This document shows positions 58,353 through 64,000 of a DNA stretch of 64,000 nucleotides, piece after piece (position 1 is the stretch's first letter; each line of letters starts with the position of its first letter). Location of the stretch: NCBI GenBank assembly GCA_964016885.1, contig OZ024743.1, forward strand, positions 181,908,001 to 181,972,000, in the 5' to 3' direction. The translations under genes were made by a program, and so were the position numbers. The notes beneath the pieces are model-generated. The model saw only the letters and a program-made list of their open reading frames with translations. It was not told the DNA's origin and did not search any database. Source of the DNA: Eledone cirrhosa. Lineage: Eukaryota.

Positions 58353-58696
58353 TATATTTTAACTTACATAACTTTAATGACTAAATATTAACCTGTTGCT
58401 ATTTACGTCATCGATGACGTCAGCTTCCAAGAGAGAAACGTAGGAAAAATGGAAATACTCACTAACAACAATGACAACAACAGCAACCACAATAAATAAT
58501 ACCAGAAAAAAACTAAATAAGATCACTGATCGTTAGTCTTCGGTGCGCCAGACGATAAGAAGTATCAAGTATGAAGAGCATGAGGTTTATTTCGGATACA
58601 AACCGATTAACACCGAAATATGGAACAGATAAACTGCAAGTTTGAGAGAAATTAGTCACACTAGATTTAGCAAAAACTGGATCTTACTGATAACAA

Positions 58697-58750
<54 letters not shown>

Positions 58751-59070
58751 GGGGGAGAGGGGGGGGGGGAGAAATAGTGAGAAAGAGGGAGGAGGAAGAT
58801 TAGAGGGACGAAAAAGTATTAGTCTAAATATGGCTGTTACATACATACATAATACATACATACATTCATAATACATATATACCTTCATATATACATACAT
58901 ACATTTCTATGTGTGCGTATTTGTGTAGTGAGTGTTTGGGCGTGTGTGTGCATATATATACATACATACATACGTACGTACATACATACATACATACATA
59001 CATACATACATACATACATACATACATACATACATACATACATACATACATACATACATACATACATACA

Positions 59071-59681
59071 TCCATACATGTACATAATATGAAAGAGTAC
59101 TGGTGGAATGTTCCAGTAAAAACCCCAATAAAATGCAGGCATAACAGACCAGATATTATGATATTGGACAGGGAGAAGAAAACATGCTCAGTAGTGGAAA
59201 TTAGCTGCCCAGCAGATGCCAATATAATATCAAAGATTAGTGAAAAGGAGAATATTTATGCAGAACTGATGAGAAATCTGCAGATACTCCACCTTGATTA
59301 CACCTTCAGATTTATGCTTGTGATTATTGGGGCACTGGGATATGTTAGTAACTGCCTCAATACAAATATTGAGAAGCTAGGCTTCACAGGAACAGAAAGA
59401 ACACAACTAGTTCGGAAATTACAAGTACAATCCATTAATGGAACAGTAAAAATATGTAAAACATTCCAAAAATTTTGCATCTAATAACTGCATATACAGA
59501 TACAAAGCATATACACATGCACACATACAACTCAAAACACACATGCATGCATGCATGCAGACATACATACATATCTACCTAGTTGATGTTGTGTAAATTC
59601 CAACGAGACAGTCTTGTGTCTATGTTAGAAACCGACTCTCTCTCTATTGGTAAAACTTTGTGAAATTATAAAGCAGAAGAA
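59071..59681 (+). mobile_element. 5'-truncated RLE-type (R4/NeSL-like) retrotransposon, copy 1
   Basis: RPDIMILD, VVEISCP, IIGALG, stop at 59484, 3' UTR; (CATA)n on both sides. Confidence 0.85.
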
Positions 59682-59690
59682 CATACATAC

Positions 59691-60867
59691 GTAGGAGCCC
59701 GCTTCTCGAGCAAGTCTATCTGCATAAAACAGATAAGATCATGAGAGTTGGGAAGGAACTCCTTGAGAGATATTCCCTGTGTGATAATCAAAAACTCACA
59801 CCCAGGGATGTCGCTCAGCAGTATCGCAGTGAATCCATGGATGAAAGACTGCATACCTATCAGCAAAAAATCATGCATGGATATGTTGCCAGGAAGCTCC
59901 AAAGTGAGAGTAATATAGATAAGGAAAGTAGTCTATCTTGGACCAACAACCGCTATATTGGCTCCCACTTTGAAGGATACGCTTTTGCAATCGAAGAACA
60001 GGAGATTAGCACGAAATACCTGATTCACAAAAGAGATAGGGATGCAGGCAAAACACCTAGATGTGATAACAAGTGCAGACTCTGCAGAACTAACATCGAG
60101 GATATCACCCATGTCATCAGCAGCTGCCCAAAGATGTCATCGCGGTACTATCTACCTATGAGGCATGATGTAGTGGCCAAAACACTGTACAATGCAGTTC
60201 GTAAAAAAGATAGCCCCGATAATAAACACATTAAAAGCTACAACAATGTGGAAGACATCCATGTACATAATATGAAAGAGTACTGGTGGAATGTTCCAGT
60301 AAAAACCCCAATAAAATGCAGGCATAACAGACCAGATATTATGATATGGGACAGGGAGAAGAAAACATGCACAGTAGTGGAAATTAGCTGCCCAGCAGAT
60401 GCCAATATAATATCAAAGATTAGTGAAAAGGAGAATATTTATGCAGAACTGATGAGAAATCTTCAGATACTCCACCTTGATTACACCTTCAGATTTATGC
60501 CTGTGATTATTGGGGCACTGGGATATGTTAGTAACTGCCTCAATACAAATCTTGAGAAGCTAGGCTTCACAGGAGCAGAAAGAACAAAACTAGTTAGGAA
60601 ATTACAAATACAATCAATTAATGGAACAGTAAAAATATGTAAAACATTCCAAACATTTTGCATCTAATAACTGCATATGCACATGTACAGTTACAAAGTA
60701 TACACACATGAACACATACAATAACATCCATATCCACACATGCATGCATACATACATATCTACCTAGTTGATGTTGTGTAAATTCCAATGAGAGAGTCTT
60801 GTGTCTATGTTAGAAACCGACTCTCTCTCTATTGGTAAAACTTTGTGAAATTATAAAACCAGAAGAA
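59691..60867 (+). mobile_element. 5'-truncated RLE-type retrotransposon, copy 2 (ORF 59741-60667)
   Basis: CRLC..H..SSC zinc finger, RHD, RPDIMIWD..E restriction-like endonuclease; ends in CATACATAC. Confidence 0.9.
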
Positions 60868-60878
60868 CATACATACAT

Positions 60879-61485
60879 GGCGGCTGCCAACTCGTTTTCG
60901 AGTACGGCCACTACTTTATATCCATGTAGGAGAAACCCTACCGATGCGCTGAATGTGCGTGGCTTTTTAGTCCAGCCAGCGACTTGAAAACTCTGGTACA
61001 AACACTACACTTGTGACAATTATTGACACATAGTGCTGGGCCTATGGTACCATGTGACGACAAGTGCAGAGAGATCTCCAGATATAAAGCAATGCCTGTG
61101 TCGTGAAGCTTTTATAGTGAGCAAAGGCACTGCACAAAGCCAGTCCCACTCTCTTAACCAAGATGATATTTACCAAAAAGAAGAACAAGTCAACATCATT
61201 GGATACCATCAGGGTTGCAGGTGTTATATCAGAGTTTTCCTTCCCCTAGAATTCTGCCTTGACAAAGACTAAGGGGTCATCTCTCCCGGTGATTTTGGAT
61301 GGCCATTGACTCTTAAGAGCTCCTTTTCCCTTTGACAGGTTTTGTTTTTAGTCCTGCAGGATATCCAAAGTCACCCTCCTCACCAAGAAACCTTGGTGGG
61401 GTTGCCAGTTTAGTCGCCAACGACCCGACCATGGGACAGGTTGTACTGGAATACATGTTACCAGTAGCACCAACTGGTTACCTGA
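60879..61485 (-). mobile_element. Bipartite non-autonomous RTE derivative
   Basis: 5' region homologous to 44171-44423; 3' end encodes CSVCTRVFKSLAGLKSHAHSAH* followed by a stem-loop tail and (ATGT)n. Confidence 0.7.
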
Positions 61486-61579
61486 CATACATACATACAT
61501 ACATACATACATACATGCATACATACATACATACATACATACATACATACATACATACATACATACATACATACATACA

Positions 61580-61626
61580 TGATGGCTGCCCCCTCGTTAT
61601 CGAGTATGGCTATTGCACGGGAGAAA

Positions 61627-61657
<31 letters not shown>

Positions 61658-61698
61658 TAAAATAAAAATAAAAATATTAATAGATAAAAAAAAAATAG

Positions 61699-61739
<41 letters not shown>

Positions 61740-64000
61740 TACATATACATATATACACACACATATATATACACACGCACATAGACATTAATAACAATAA
61801 TAATAATAATAATAATAATAACAACAATAATAATATACATATACATATATATATACACACACGCGCGCACACATAAACATATCTATACACACACACGCAC
61901 GATAGCAACTAACAACGCTGCGATCGAATGTGGCTTTTTAGCCCAGCCAATGATCTAAAATGTCTTGCACAGAGTCGGCAACCAAAACATTCACTGGGAA
62001 TAGTCGGCTGTGGTTGGACTTCGTGTACTTTTACATGTCGCTTGAGCCCTCCTGCTGATTTACATTCTCTACCACATGTTTGGCAAGCATGATGAGTAGC
62101 ATCTCTAACAGCAGCCTGGTAGTCAACCACTGGTCTTACTTTATGACTGCGAAGATGACTTTCGAATCCAGCTTTGCTTAGGCAGTCTCGCACATACGCT
62201 GCATGTCAGCACCATAGGAGGACCCTCGCCGTCTGGAAGTGCAACAGCAATGCCCTTCCTCACATCCCGCTTTACTTTCTCGTATGCGATTCGAGATGCC
62301 TCAAAGGCAACTTTTCCCTCATATACAGTCTTTCTCCATTTATTACGATCAGCAGCAATATTTTCCCATGTATCAGCAGAGATGTTAGCGTCTTTCAAAG
62401 AGGCTTTCAAAGAATCCTTATACCTCTTTTTTTGTTTATGTGGCAGTCGTTTTCCTTTAACCAACTCTCCATAAAAGAGTTGTTTTGGTATTCTAGAATC
62501 CTTCATACTGGCAAGGTGACCACTCCAACGGAGTCGTTGCTTAAGCACAAGAGCTTCTATACTGTCACACATAGAGATTTCCAAAATCTCGACATCACTG
62601 ATGTGGTCCCTCCAGTGAACGCCATGGATCCGTCTGAGACACATCTGATGGAAACGCTCCAATTGCCTAAGGTGGTGGCGATATGTGACCCAGGTCTCGC
62701 AGGCATAAAGAAGACAAGAGAGCACACATGCCCTGTACAACTTTACCTTTGTCCTCCTGCATATGTCTCGCCGACCCCAGAGTCGCCTTTCTAGCTTTCC
62801 GAAAGCATCACTTGCTTTCCTAATCCTAAGTGAGATTTCACTGTCAAGGTTGCTGTATCGATTGACAGTGCTTCCCAGGTAGACAAACTAATCAACCACT
62901 CCAAGGCGTTTACCATACACATAGATATTTGGTTCAGTGTACTGCTTACCAGGGGCAGGTTGGTACATGACGACGGTTTTCTTGAGACTGACAGTCAATC
63001 TTAGGGCAGTGCAAGCATCAGAAAATGCATTCAAAATGTGCTGCATATCACTCTCTGTGTGCACTACAAGATCGCAATCATCTGCATACAAGAGGTCTCT
63101 TATGATTGATGTAAATACTTTTGTCTTTGCAGCAAAGCGCCTAATGTTAAATGTGCTGCCTGAGGTTCGATATCGGATGTAAACACCATGCTCGCAATTC
63201 CTGAATGCAATACAGAAAACCATTGCAAAGTATATGGCAAACAGGGTCGGTGCTGGAATATCCCCCTGTTTCACTCCATTTTTTACTGAGATAGGCTCCG
63301 ACATGTTACCTCCGACATTAACCCAAACCTTCATGTCGTCATGGAAAGATCTAACTAAAGCAAGGGACTTATCAGGGCAACCAAGTTTCTGGAGAACCTT
63401 CCATAATACATCTCTGTTAACAGTATCGAAAGCTTTTGTCAGATCGACAAAAACCTGATACAGATCCAAACCTTGTTCCATGCACTTCCCTGGAGCTGTC
63501 TAGCTGAGAAGATCATAACAGTAGTGCCGCGTCCAGCACGAAAACCAGATTGACTTTCAGGAAGAACACAATCTGCAATGTGTGTCAGCAGACGGTCCAG
63601 AAGCACCCTACATAAAACTTTCCCTACGACAGAAAGCAATGATATACCTCTGTAGTTCCCACAATCATTCCTGTTACCCTTTCCCTTGTACAAGACCACC
63701 ATTACTGCATCTCTCCAGTCCTCAGGTACGGATTAATTAGCCCATATCCTGCCAAACAAAGAGTGAAGATGTTGCAGGAGTCTCTCACCACCATATTGTA
63801 GGAGCTCAGCATGTATGCCATCAATACCTGGAGACCTTCCACTGTTCAGCTTCGAGATAGCCATTGCAACCTCCACAAGCGTCGGAGGTTCTGTGAGAGC
63901 TACTTTCACAGGACTTTCTGGAATGAGATTGAGGAAATCTTCACTGACGACAGACGGCTGATTCAAAAGATCATCAAAGTGCTCTCGCCACCTTCGTAGA
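61580..64000 (-). pseudogene. Decayed RTE-clade LINE (RT plus three C2H2-type fingers); runs off the window; 3' UTR interrupted by microsatellites
   Basis: SPGIDG, YRGISLL, ESQSGFR, DLTKAFD, GVKQG, YADD, LLYACETW, RLRWSGH; stops and frameshifts at about 63733, 63480, 62888 and 62190. Confidence 0.9.

Noticed and set aside
58909-59070. N-terminal HTYI repeats of the 191-aa ORF
   Set aside because: (CATA)n fused in frame to a truncated retroelement
61395-61485. HDV-like ribozyme at the RTE-derivative 5' end
   Set aside because: CTAA followed by a possible P2 strand is present, but I could not build P1/P3/P1.1 by hand; needs a descriptor search

Overview
Eukaryotic, AT-rich, almost entirely repetitive DNA. 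The SINE families resemble those of octopod cephalopods (recognised from memory, not searched). No host protein-coding gene is supportable, and most listed ORFs are microsatellite read-throughs. Retroelements: a near full-length Tx1/L1-clade LINE in a (TCTG)n tract (7594-13184); an RTE LINE with a twin-priming-type inversion (51849-55180); two tandem truncated RLE-type (R4/NeSL-like) copies in (CATA)n; a decayed RTE with three C2H2 fingers plus its bipartite non-autonomous derivatives; CRE-like fragments; and many SINEs. A ~17.5 kb array of a 76-bp satellite carries an internal 5.4-kb duplication (14625-32200). The most striking signal is non-coding: more than a dozen short, sequence-diverse inserts next to (TA)n tracts. 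Many are fold-back structures, and many carry type I hammerhead ribozymes (Penelope/retrozyme-like). Most share a covarying bulged hairpin (RCUC-stem-UN-GAGY) just before the microsatellite junction.
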